A DNA stretch of 64,000 nucleotides from Candidatus Eremiobacteria bacterium. GTDB lineage: Bacteria > Vulcanimicrobiota > Vulcanimicrobiia > Vulcanimicrobiales > Vulcanimicrobiaceae. The translations under genes were made by a program, and so were the position numbers. Of the stretch, positions 48,097 through 57,277 are shown one piece after another. Positions within the stretch are counted from its first letter, which is position 1, and each line of letters opens with the position of its first letter. The notes beneath the pieces are model-generated. The model saw only the letters and a program-made list of their open reading frames with translations. It was not told where the DNA came from and ran no database searches. The stretch spans positions 416,001-480,000 of the forward strand of contig CAVWUU010000001.1 of NCBI GenBank assembly GCA_963758295.1, in the 5' to 3' direction.

Positions 48097-48789
48097 TTAA
48101 CACCCACCTGAGATCTCGATATAAAAAAGGTGACCGTGCCAGAACCCAAAGTTTTGGTCCTGCTCGCAAGGATACTTGAGCGGATGAACGTACGACAAAA
48201 CTTCGATATCCTTATTCCAAGACGCATGTTGGATGAACGTCTTTCCGTAAATCGTTTCCACTTGGGTGCGTGTTTGTCCGAGACGGATTCCATGCACCGT
48301 ACGCAGCGCCGAAAGGTCCTTATCCACTATAGGAATCGGCGGCGCTGCAATGTTGGATGCTAAAACGGTTGAGTGCCACGCGCAGCATCCTTCCGCATAA
48401 AAAACGGTGGAGTGCGCCGAATCGTAGATGGCATCGCCTCTTGGGGCGGCTTGTCCGTAGACGAATGGCGTTCCGTCCTCGGGCGAGCCTTGATTTAATT
48501 TCCACTCCATGCCGCGCGGTATTCGGTTTTCATAAACGAAGCCGTCCATGAATGGCACCTGTGCAGCTTTATGTTGATCGGAGTCTGCAAAGCCCTCTTT
48601 CAAAACCGGGAGCCAAGCCGCAATTTTCCAGTTATTGCAAACATCGTGGAAGTATTGCTTGCAATAGTCGGGCGGACGAAAGTCGGTTTCCGCGCCTTTC
48701 GGATAGTCTATGAACGTACGTTGCGCGCTAATTGCGGGAAGGTACAGCGCAACAGAAAGGGCGGTGAGAATCAGCGCGGCTCTTTTCAT
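48097..48789 (-). CDS. Exported hypothetical protein
   Basis: Signal peptide MKRAALILTALSV; several Cys; GIRLG.T..QVE.IYG. Confidence 0.65.
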   Translation of the reverse strand: MKRAALILTALSVALYLPAISAQRTFIDYPKGAETDFRPPDYCKQYFHDVCNNWKIAAWLPVLKEGFADSDQHKAAQVPFMDGFVYENRIPRGMEWKLNQGSPEDGTPFVYGQAAPRGDAIYDSAHSTVFYAEGCCAWHSTVLASNIAAPPIPIVDKDLSALRTVHGIRLGQTRTQVETIYGKTFIQHASWNKDIEVLSYVHPLKYPCEQDQNFGFWHGHLFYIEISGGC

Positions 48790-48979
48790 GATTCATCGTT
48801 CATTAAGGCTACCGCCCCGTTCCTTTCCAAGCTCGAGTCAAGCTAATGCGAAGCCGGCGCAACGCGGTTGATTCGACAATAAACTGCAAACGTTGCGAAA
48901 TTTTTTGTTCTCGTCTTGAAAGCGTTGTCAGACTTGCAGCCGGTGAAGCACTGAGCGGATGACGCCGTAAAGCGGCGTT

Positions 48980-49237
48980 CTAGAGCCCGATTCGGGTTAG
49001 GTCGGCAATGAATTCTTGCGTGCTGGGGCGATCCAGCCAATTCGCGAGTATTGCTTCAGCTTCGCGAGCCGAGCCGAGCACGCCGAGGTGATGCTCGACC
49101 GAAGCGCGTTGCGGAGCCGGATTCTGCAGCTCCGCTTCAAGGTCGTCAATTGATTGATGCGCTTCGTCGGTGGCCGGGATAGCGCCACGCAGCGCTTCCC
49201 CGGGAAAAGAAGATCGGACTTCGTCGTACTTATCCAT
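48980..49237 (-). CDS. Small helical hypothetical protein
   Basis: 85-aa ORF with plausible composition ending DLTRIGL. Confidence 0.55.
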   Translation of the reverse strand: MDKYDEVRSSFPGEALRGAIPATDEAHQSIDDLEAELQNPAPQRASVEHHLGVLGSAREAEAILANWLDRPSTQEFIADLTRIGL

Positions 49238-49409
49238 GCGGCAACGCTACAAGGCGCGTTATCGCGCGCCCTGCTGCTCCGCAAGGGGACCCCACTTCTT
49301 AAGGACGCGCCTTCTCGCTGCAAACATCGTAGGCTCGACGCCAAGCGAATGCTAGAGATGAACATCCCGTTCGTGCGGGTACTGACAGACCGCGCTGGGG
49401 CTGCCGCGG

Positions 49410-50321
49410 TCATGACGAAACAGACGTGATCCGCGTGCCGCGGTATATTCTCGGCCGCACCCCTTGCGGACCGCGACACGTCAATTGCGCCGGGGATCCG
49501 GCCGTGCTTGAAACCGTAACGTCGAACGTGCCACGCGCAGTCGCGACTCTTACCTGCAAGCGCTCTTCGTCGACCTTCGTCACCGACGTCGCGGTGAGTG
49601 CGTCGCGTGCCGTGATCCCGAGCTGTTGATGTGCGTAGACGATTGCCGCTTGCGCCGCCGGCGTCAGCCCGATGCGCCCCCGCAAAATGTCCGGCAGAAC
49701 TTGGCCTGTCTCGGCGCGTTCCACGAACTGCGCTGCGATTTCCGCGCTCACGCGCCCGTACAGCTCTCCCGTCGGCAAAACCAAGACGTTCGCGGCGAAA
49801 CGGTCGCCGCCCAAATGCGTGGTTTCCCACACGCGACGGGGGCGTAGGTGTTGCAGTGCTTGCGCAACGGGCCGCCCGCGCAACGCGCAGCACGCATCGT
49901 GACGCCCGTGCGCGCAAACCAAGTATAACGGTTGCGTATCGATCGCAATGGGTGCGCGATGCGGCCCTGCGCCTTCCAGTTCGTCGGCGAGCTGCGCTAA
50001 ATCATCGAAGCGCCACCACGCAATCGCTTGCGCACCCGCCCGCGTGTCGGCAATCCCCACGTCGTAGCCTCCAGGGGGCGGCCCCACGTGATGTTTGCCG
50101 TGGCGGCGAATCGCTTGGAGACGCATGCCGGCGCGCGCAGCTGAGACGTCGATGCGATGCGCAACGTCAGGATCGGCACGGCTCTCGAGCAAGCCGCGTG
50201 GCCCCCATGCACCCGGTTGGTGCACCAGCAGTACGCGCGCTTGCGGCGGCGCGGTGCCAAGCATCGAATCGCCGCGTTCATCTGCTGCCGCCGCGCACCG
50301 AAATGCTGGAACACGCGTCAT
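49410..50321 (-). CDS. Sucrase/ferredoxin-like (thioredoxin-like 2Fe-2S) protein
   Basis: GTAP....LLV.QPG.WG, LVCAHGRHDACCA.RG, WETTHLGGDRFAAN, YGR; ATGA overlap with the JmjC gene. Confidence 0.9.
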   Translation of the reverse strand: MTRVPAFRCAAAADERGDSMLGTAPPQARVLLVHQPGAWGPRGLLESRADPDVAHRIDVSAARAGMRLQAIRRHGKHHVGPPPGGYDVGIADTRAGAQAIAWWRFDDLAQLADELEGAGPHRAPIAIDTQPLYLVCAHGRHDACCALRGRPVAQALQHLRPRRVWETTHLGGDRFAANVLVLPTGELYGRVSAEIAAQFVERAETGQVLPDILRGRIGLTPAAQAAIVYAHQQLGITARDALTATSVTKVDEERLQVRVATARGTFDVTVSSTAGSPAQLTCRGPQGVRPRIYRGTRITSVSS

Positions 50322-51526
50322 ACCGGAACGACGATGCCCTCGCGCAGGAGCTGTGCGATCAGCGCCAAGCCCTCCAGCACATCGACGCCCGGCAGAGCCT
50401 CGGCCGAGACAACGGCGCCCGAAACGGCGAGCTGTGCGGCTTGCGCTTGCGCTTCGGTAACGCGAACTTCTTTGTCGGGCAATTCGATCACAAGCTCATC
50501 ATCGCCGGCACGGAATGTTGGACGAAGCCCGGGTCGCACACGTACTTTTGCGTCCGGTGCAAGGGACTCGGCCGCAGCGAATTGTTCGAGCGGCCGAAGT
50601 GGTGCAGGGCGCGTCGCCGCCGCCAGATTGCGTCGAAGCGCGCGAGCGATCGTTCCGCGATCGAAGCGATCGATCGCCGCGTGCAGCGCAGCGATCGTCG
50701 CTTTGAGATCGCCATCGATAGCGCGTTCATCGGTCAAATCGATGCCGGCGGGTAACGAGCGGCGCAGTTCGACATCGTCCGAGAGGACGCTGAGAACTTC
50801 ATCCGCGAGCATCCGGCGCGTCAACGCATGTATCCCGACGGTTAGGTGGCCCGAAATTTCGTTTAACGACGTCGCAGCATGAATGTATCCGCGCGGCAAA
50901 TAGAGCGCGTCGCCACATTCGAGAACGCAATCGATAAGCGGCGTTTCAGCGGCACGCGCGGCAACGGCGGGCTTGCGTGCCTGCCACGGTTGGTCGCGAA
51001 GCGGCGCCTGCAAGACGGGGTCATAGATGCGCCATCGTTTGCGGCCGGCGAATTGGAGCACGAAGACGTCGTGAACGTCATAGTGAGGGGCAAAGCCCGA
51101 GTTCTGCGGCGGCGTTAAATAGGCGTTTACTTGCACGGGGTGTCCGAGCTGCGCTGCAAGCGATTCCGCAAAGGATTGAATCGGCGCCCAAGTTCGATGC
51201 AAGCCCTGGAGCACGAGGGTTGCGCCTGAAGCAAATTCGGTGAGGATCTTGTCGTCGGCGACCTGATCGGCAATTTCCGCACCAGCGCCACCGCCGCGCG
51301 TGTACCGCGACGGCGGCAGAAGATCGCCGTCTCGAGTCATGCGGACGAACGGTGTGCGCAAACCGCGCCGCGACACCAACTCGTCGACTGCGTCCAGGGA
51401 AAGCAATTCGGAAAACCCGCCATTGGGAAGTTGCGCGGCGTTCAGAAGCAGCGGCGCAACGCCCCAATGTGATGTGGAAAATTCACCGAGGGTGAGCCCG
51501 GTGAGGCGGAAGAGCGGATCGCTCAG
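50318..51526 (-). CDS. JmjC/Cupin_4 Fe(II)/2-oxoglutarate oxygenase (RoxA/NO66-like) with C-terminal winged-helix-like domain
   Basis: NAYLTP, HYDVHDVFVLQ..G.KRW, LYLPRGYIHAA, HLTVG; frame open from 51406 up to a CTG at 51526. Confidence 0.9.
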   Translation of the reverse strand: MSDPLFRLTGLTLGEFSTSHWGVAPLLLNAAQLPNGGFSELLSLDAVDELVSRRGLRTPFVRMTRDGDLLPPSRYTRGGGAGAEIADQVADDKILTEFASGATLVLQGLHRTWAPIQSFAESLAAQLGHPVQVNAYLTPPQNSGFAPHYDVHDVFVLQFAGRKRWRIYDPVLQAPLRDQPWQARKPAVAARAAETPLIDCVLECGDALYLPRGYIHAATSLNEISGHLTVGIHALTRRMLADEVLSVLSDDVELRRSLPAGIDLTDERAIDGDLKATIAALHAAIDRFDRGTIARALRRNLAAATRPAPLRPLEQFAAAESLAPDAKVRVRPGLRPTFRAGDDELVIELPDKEVRVTEAQAQAAQLAVSGAVVSAEALPGVDVLEGLALIAQLLREGIVVPV

Positions 51527-51753
51527 CTACCGCCACCGGCGCCTGCGTCGGCACCTCCGTCTGCGCCGCCGTCGGCATCCTCATCCGCGCCGCCGTCGGC
51601 TCCGCCGTCTTGCATGCCCGGATTACCCGAAGCGCCGCCATCGGCCGGCCCTTCAGCGCCGCCGTCCGCGCCGCCGTCATGCATGCCCGGCGTACCGGAA
51701 GCTCCGCCGTCGGCCGTGCCTTCGCGACCCGTTCTGTCGTCATCTTCAAACAT
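51523..51753 (-). CDS. 76-aa acidic Asp/Gly repeat peptide (8 x DGGA), candidate precursor/substrate peptide
   Basis: GGAG RBS 7 nt before ATG; 23-aa internal duplication; TGA stop overlaps the probable JmjC start. Confidence 0.8.
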   Translation of the reverse strand: MFEDDDRTGREGTADGGASGTPGMHDGGADGGAEGPADGGASGNPGMQDGGADGGADEDADGGADGGADAGAGGGS

Positions 51754-52143
51754 CGTTCGGCTCCATCAAAGCGTGGGTAACCGCAAAAGCGCGGTCACAC
51801 GGCGTTTGCCCAGGCCCGCAAACGGTAAAACAGCCGCGGCCCGTTCGTTCGCTCGGGCACGATTACCACGCACCTCATTGACGCCTCTTCATGTAGCAAT
51901 GAAATCATTGCGCTCTCCTTATGGACTTACCGCGCGCTGACCCCGTCGTCATCGTGTTCGGGGTGTTTTTATGTTCAAGGTACTTCTTGGACCATGGCGA
52001 CAGACGGAGGAAAATCGGCGGGACGATTTCATTTGCCAAAATAGCCTGCGCTACTTACTTCGCTACCGAAAGCAACTCACGCATGCGCGCGCCCGTGGAT
52101 GCTGTGGTCGCCGTCAAATACGCGAAGGGCGACTGTAAGATTG

Positions 52144-52215
52144 AGGCGACGGGCAGATTCGAACTACCGCATAGGGCCTTTGCAGGGCCCCGCCTTACCG
52201 CTTGGCTACGTCGCC
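52144..52215 (-). tRNA. tRNA-Cys (GCA), CCA not encoded
   Basis: Acceptor GGCGACG/CGTCGCC, D-arm GCCAAGCGGTAAGGC, anticodon arm GGGCC-CTGCAAA-GGCCC, T-loop TTCGAAT, discriminator U. Confidence 0.95.
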
Positions 52216-52494
52216 GCCGTAGACGTTATACGAGCCGCGTTGTATTGGATCATGCTTTTGCAATTGTTGCATGTGAGCTCTCTAGGGCGTTCGCTAGCGC
52301 CCACCCCTGGGGTACGACGATACCGTGGAACCAACGGCTCATACACGTGCAGCGCAGCTCAATATACCAAGTCGCCGCGCACTAGGATATCGCTCGCTCG
52401 CGATTTGCCATCCACAAACCGCAAACGCTGCTTAGATAGTGTAATGTTAACATTACCGTATTGGGACTCGGCTGAATGTGTTCGAGGTTAGGCA

Positions 52495-54080
52495 ATGACC
52501 AATCCGCGCCTTTTTGAGAGGCGGCACTTGTGGCGATACGTTCTCATGCTCGCGTTTTTCTTTTTCACCCACGCTCGTGCAGGGCATCATGCCGCGAGTC
52601 GCTCATGCCGCCGAAGACGCTGCAACCATTCCGCGCTTCGAGCCGGCGTCGTGTCCGAAACTGCAAGGCGTAGAATGGCTCGTCCGCGCAGACTGCGGCT
52701 ATCTCATCGTGCCCGAGGATCGTAGCCGCCCGAACGGTCGTACCATCCGGCTCCTAGTCGCAAAACATCGTGCACAATCATCGAAAAAGCGGCCCGATCC
52801 GATCCTATACCTGGAAGGCGGCCCCGGGGACATTGCCCCGCTTGAGATCAACTCGATCATCGCCGCCGGACTTCATTCGCGACCGGGACATTTGGGTGGT
52901 GAGTCAGCGCGGCACCTGGCTTTCGCAGCCCGCGCTCACATGTGCGGAGACGAACAATTTCGCAAGAGCGCTCCTTGGCCTCCGTTTCTATTCTGCGGCA
53001 ACGAAGCGCGCACATTTGGCTGCGACGGAAGCCTGCCACGGCAAGCTCATTGCCACCGGAGCCAATCTGAGTGCATACAATTCGACTGAGAGCGTTGCGG
53101 ATCTCGCGGATCTTCGCAAAGTCCTGCGCATTGCTGAGTGGAACGTTTATGCGAACTCGTACGGCACGTATGTGGCTCAGACGCTTATGCGCGATCACCC
53201 CGATGGTATCCGGAGCGTTGTCCTCGATTCGGTCGTACCGACAACGTATACCATCCCTGCAAACTGGTGGAACGCCCGCTACGCCTTCGACAACATCTTT
53301 CAGGCGTGCGCAGCGCAACCGGCTTGCAATGCGGCGCACCCCGATCTGAAGCAAACCTTTACGCGACTCGTTAAGAAGCTTGAGGCCGAGCCGCTGACGA
53401 CAACAGTCAGCTGACCCTATCACCGGCAAAGACGTCAGCGTGGTGATCGACGGCGGTGCGCTGATCGACTGGCTGCGTAATCAGACATATAGCGTGCCAA
53501 TGCTTCGCGCCGCGCCGGATCGGATCGCCGGCCTCGCCGACGGTCGCCGCCAATCCATCGAGGTGATCGCCGAGGATCGGGCCGGCCGGGCGCCACCATA
53601 TCGACCGGGTGTCCGGTTCTCGGTGACGGCCTCGCTTTCGGCGTCACCTGCCGAGAAGATTATCCCTTCGCGACCACGGAAGAACTTGCGGCGGCTGGCC
53701 GAGAAGCGTTTCCGGACTTTCCCGTTTCAGTGCAGCGCGAGGCTGTCGGCGGCTGGGCGTATGCTAACGAAGACTGCCGCGAAGTCTGGAAACCGGCCGC
53801 CGCTCCGAAGACCATGCACGAGCCTGTTGCGAGCAGCATTCCAACGCTCCTCATTTCCGGCACCTTCGATACGTTGACGTCTCTCGCCGGGGCGCGGGCC
53901 GCAGCGACTCGCCTGTCCCACGCGACAATCATCAGCATCCCGGGTGTAGGGCATACTGACTTCCGCATCGTCTCCTTGCGCCCAAGCAGTCATCGTCTCG
54001 TTCTATGCCGCTCCCAATCGCGTCGACACATCGTGCGTCCGTGGGTTGAAACCGCAACGTTTCACCTCAACCGCATCACC
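52495..54080 (+). pseudogene. Secreted alpha/beta hydrolase (TAP-like), multiply frameshifted with an internal stop
   Basis: CGYLIVPEDR, LEGGPG, QRGT..SQP.L.C, NSYGT, VVLDS and PTLLISGTFD.LT spread over three frames; TGA at 53412. Confidence 0.8.
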
Positions 54081-54250
54081 ACAGGTACGACCGTCTGCGA
54101 CGAGCCCTACGGATGCATCTTAGCTGTTCGCAATCGCCGCTCGAAATGCTGAAGATTGACCTTAGCCGTTTCGGCACCTCAGGTCTTTTAACAATGGAAC
54201 GCCTCGCGGAAATTCGAGACGTTCTATTTGCTGGTGTACCGCGAGGACGA

Positions 54251-54613
54251 TTAGAATTTCTTCCTCTCACGTTCAGGAGACCAATCCTCTACCAATTGTC
54301 GAACTTCGATGGCGCCAAAATGCGCGCTCGGAATTAGCGCAGCGTATTCGAGCGCCTGATCATGACTGGCGCAGTTGAACACATAAAATCCAGCCAGCAC
54401 CTCTTGCTTCGCAAACGGTCCTTCTGAAAGAACTCGCTTGCCATCGCGGATTCGCAGTGTCCTTGCCGTATTTGATTCGTAGAACCGGGCGCGATTGTGA
54501 ATTTGCGTGGACAGCGTCTCGTTCAGCTGCTGATATGCATTAGCAGCCGTTTGCAACTCCTCTGGACTTGCCGCTACATCCGTCGGGATATAAATCAAAC
54601 AAATATATTTCAA
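54251..54613 (-). CDS. YciI-family protein
   Basis: KY.CLIY, EGPFA..E.LAGFY, A..P....IEVR; probable TTG start at 54613. Confidence 0.85.
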   Translation of the reverse strand: MKYICLIYIPTDVAASPEELQTAANAYQQLNETLSTQIHNRARFYESNTARTLRIRDGKRVLSEGPFAKQEVLAGFYVFNCASHDQALEYAALIPSAHFGAIEVRQLVEDWSPERERKKF

Positions 54614-54654
54614 GGTAGTACCTTCTAGCTCACAAAAGAATCGAGTAGTCTCGG

Positions 54655-55449
54655 CTACCAATCGACGACCAAACCGCCGGTAAGATTGACCGTTGATGCA
54701 GTCATCGATGTCGCGCGGTCGCTCGCTGCAAAGGCTGCCGCATCGGCTACTTCTTGCACGGTGGTCGAACGTTTCGTGTGCGTGAGGCTCTCGATGAACC
54801 CCTGAAACTGTTGCTGTGGAATACCAATCGCTTTGGCATGCAAGCCGAAGACGGTTTCGATTGTCTTCGTTTCCGGCAGCCCCGTCGAGCGAATGGTCAC
54901 CGCGCGGATCCCATATTGGGCAAGCTCGCCTGAAAAATTACGATTCATCGCTTCCATCGAGGCCCATGACGGCGCCATGCCGCCAACGAGGCGAGCGCCG
55001 AGACGTGAGACCTCCGGGACGTGCGCGAGAATTACACCGCTCTTCTGTTGCATCATGCGCTGCGCCGCTGCCCGAGCCGTAATGAAGTATGACTTAGAGT
55101 ACGCGACGATCGGCTTCATGAAATCTTCGACGGCAATCTCTAGTAAGGGTACACCCTGAACGCCCTGCTGCGGAATGCTGATCGAGCAGAACGAGATGTC
55201 GATGCGTCCGGCCTTCGTCAACACATCGTCGAGGTACGCGTTAGCTGCATTTTCGTCGAGCACGTCGACCATTGATGCTTCCGCTGCTCCGCCTGTGCGG
55301 ACGATCTCGTCGGCAAGAGCTTGGACGGCTGTGTGCGTACGTCCGGCAAGAAAGAGGCGCGCACCTTCGCGCGCAAAGGTTTTTGCGACTACGCTACCGA
55401 CGCCGCCCGCCGCGCCATAGATCACCGCAATTTTGTTTTGGAGTAACAT
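54655..55449 (-). CDS. SDR-family oxidoreductase
   Basis: KIAVIYGAAGGVG, FAREGA, GRID, ELAQYGIR, AFAASD.A..MT...NLTGG. Confidence 0.9.
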   Translation of the reverse strand: MLLQNKIAVIYGAAGGVGSVVAKTFAREGARLFLAGRTHTAVQALADEIVRTGGAAEASMVDVLDENAANAYLDDVLTKAGRIDISFCSISIPQQGVQGVPLLEIAVEDFMKPIVAYSKSYFITARAAAQRMMQQKSGVILAHVPEVSRLGARLVGGMAPSWASMEAMNRNFSGELAQYGIRAVTIRSTGLPETKTIETVFGLHAKAIGIPQQQFQGFIESLTHTKRSTTVQEVADAAAFAASDRATSMTASTVNLTGGLVVDW

Positions 55450-55523
55450 GCCTCAACCGACGGCAGCCTAGCCGAGAAAGATTCTGAATCTTTTTCGGCC
55501 GCGCCATCGTCAAAGAGGATAAG

Positions 55524-56420
55524 ATGCTATATACGGACCTCGAGGATCGCATAGAACCTCTGCGGCCGCGGTTGCACAGGTATTGCTCGCGTATGACCGG
55601 CTCGGTGTTCGATGGCGAAGACGTCGTGCAGGAGGCCCTGATGCAGGCATTTCGCGCTTTGCGCTCCGAAACGGAAATCGTCGATCTCGAGCGTTGGATG
55701 TTCAAGATCGCCCACAACGCCGCCATCGATTTCTTGCGGAAACGAGCGCGCGAATCGCCGCTAGCCGAGTACGATCCGGAAACGCTCGCCTTTACTGATA
55801 ATGAAAACGATCACATCGAGACGGTCCCGGTGAGCATGCGAATGCTGATGCGCCTTCCTGCAAACCAGCGCGCCGCCGTGCTGTTGAAAGATGTGCTCGG
55901 ATACCGCTTGCAAGACGTGACGTCAATTCTCGAAATGACGCTTCCAGCAGTAAAGACGGCGCTGCATCGCGGTCGTTCGCAATTGCGGGACCTTGCGCAA
56001 AGAGAGCTAAAACCGACGTGGGCACCGAAGCTGTCGCCGGCTCAGCGAGCTCTGTTCGAACGCTACGTTGACCTTTTCAACGCACATGACTTCGATGCAA
56101 TTCGGGAAACGCTCGCCGAAGAAGTTCGCTTGGATCTCGTCGGGGTCGAAAGGCGTGAAGGCAAGCTTAACGTCGGGCACTACTTTGAAAACTATAGCAA
56201 GCGTTCGTATTGGCGCCTGCGGGTGGGCACGCTCGAAGGTCGTTATGTGGTCATGGTGCATAGCGCTGAGGTCGGGTCACCGCCGCTCTACTTCGTGGAG
56301 CTCCAATGGGAGGGCGACAAAGTCCGCTCGATCCGCGATTTCGCGCATGCGCGCTACGCGCTCGCGAATACAGAAATTGAGGAATCCTTTTCGAAGGCGC
56401 CATCGTCCGTTGATGCATGA
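55524..56420 (+). CDS. ECF sigma factor with C-terminal SnoaL-like extension
   Basis: LHRYCSRMTGS..DGEDVVQE, WMFKIAHN, LP..QRA...LKDVLG, VKTALHRGR; Y...FN..DFD. Confidence 0.9.
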   Translation: MLYTDLEDRIEPLRPRLHRYCSRMTGSVFDGEDVVQEALMQAFRALRSETEIVDLERWMFKIAHNAAIDFLRKRARESPLAEYDPETLAFTDNENDHIETVPVSMRMLMRLPANQRAAVLLKDVLGYRLQDVTSILEMTLPAVKTALHRGRSQLRDLAQRELKPTWAPKLSPAQRALFERYVDLFNAHDFDAIRETLAEEVRLDLVGVERREGKLNVGHYFENYSKRSYWRLRVGTLEGRYVVMVHSAEVGSPPLYFVELQWEGDKVRSIRDFAHARYALANTEIEESFSKAPSSVDA

Positions 56421-56716
56421 AGGTAACAACTGTACGCTATAAAATCGCGCCTGATCGCGTGCAAGAAAACGTCCGTTTCGTCCGTGCGGTTTTCTCGCAA
56501 CTCCACGAGACGTCGCCGAGTGGACTGCGATACGCGTGCATGAGGGCAGGTAACGGCTCATTCATGCATATCGTTTGCACCGATGACGACGCCGCCGACG
56601 AGTCGCTGACGTCACTTCAATCGTTTCACGACTTTCGCGTGGGCTTTGAGGATCGCGCCCTCGAGCCACCGACCTTCACGGAGCTTGAGGTCGTCGGAAA
56701 CTACGGGCTCTTCTGA
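56417..56716 (+). CDS. Small ABM-like hypothetical protein
   Basis: ATGA overlap with the sigma gene; VRYK..P....EN...V.AVF..L. Confidence 0.7.
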   Translation: MKVTTVRYKIAPDRVQENVRFVRAVFSQLHETSPSGLRYACMRAGNGSFMHIVCTDDDAADESLTSLQSFHDFRVGFEDRALEPPTFTELEVVGNYGLF

Positions 56717-56764
56717 GCTGGGCCACACGATCCTCACCGCTGTCACGCCTCGTTCACCGGAATA

Positions 56765-56927
56765 CTCGATCGGTCGCGCGCACTTCTTGATGCAAAACGC
56801 ACTCATCGCCGCGCAAACCGTTGCCGCCGAAGGGGCCACGTACATGGCGCTTGGCAACGCGCGTATGCCGATGATCGACGGGCGCGATATTCGCGAAGCC
56901 GCAGCGCGCCATCGGATTGTACACTAA
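56765..56927 (+). pseudogene. NmrA/atypical SDR fragment
   Basis: FLMQN...GNARMPMIDGRDI.EAAA with no Rossmann N-terminus. Confidence 0.5.
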
Positions 56928-56965
56928 CCTAAATGTTCTGACGCAAAGCGCGGATCGGGAATCAG

Positions 56966-57196
56966 ATGAAAACTATGACTTGTAGTGATCTTGGCGGAAT
57001 TTGTGACGTAAAGTTGTCCGCTCGCACGTGGGACGAAATGGTAACGACCATGACAGAACACGTGATCGGAAATCATCCTGGCGTCGTTCAGCATATGGAA
57101 AAGATGCACAACGAGGATCCCGGGAGATGGTCTAGAGAGACGAAACCCAAGTGGGACGCCATAATGCCATCGGCGATAGACCGCCGGATCCCTTGA
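56966..57196 (+). CDS. DUF1059-like small protein
   Basis: MKTMTCSDLGG.CD..LSA.TW.EM......H. Confidence 0.7.
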   Translation: MKTMTCSDLGGICDVKLSARTWDEMVTTMTEHVIGNHPGVVQHMEKMHNEDPGRWSRETKPKWDAIMPSAIDRRIP

Positions 57197-57277
57197 GAAC
57201 TGCGTGAGCCGGTTCGCCACGGATGGCGGAGCCGCAGATGAAGAATCGTACCGTCTCGTTTTTAAGCATCTGCATGC

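Noticed and set aside
51483..51749. Alternative 88-aa ORF overlapping the DGGA peptide
   Set aside because: The DGGA frame has better RBS spacing, GC-rich third positions and a stop coupled to the JmjC start
52141..52165. tRNA-Cys 3' end as an attachment site
   Set aside because: No duplicated tRNA 3' end or integrase found by eye in the window
52416..52426. 11-bp inverted match (CAAACCGCAAA) to 59037-59047
   Set aside because: Too short to distinguish from chance
51921..52491. ORFs spanning the tRNA (154 aa and 130 aa)
   Set aside because: They overlap tRNA-Cys antisense and have no recognisable motifs
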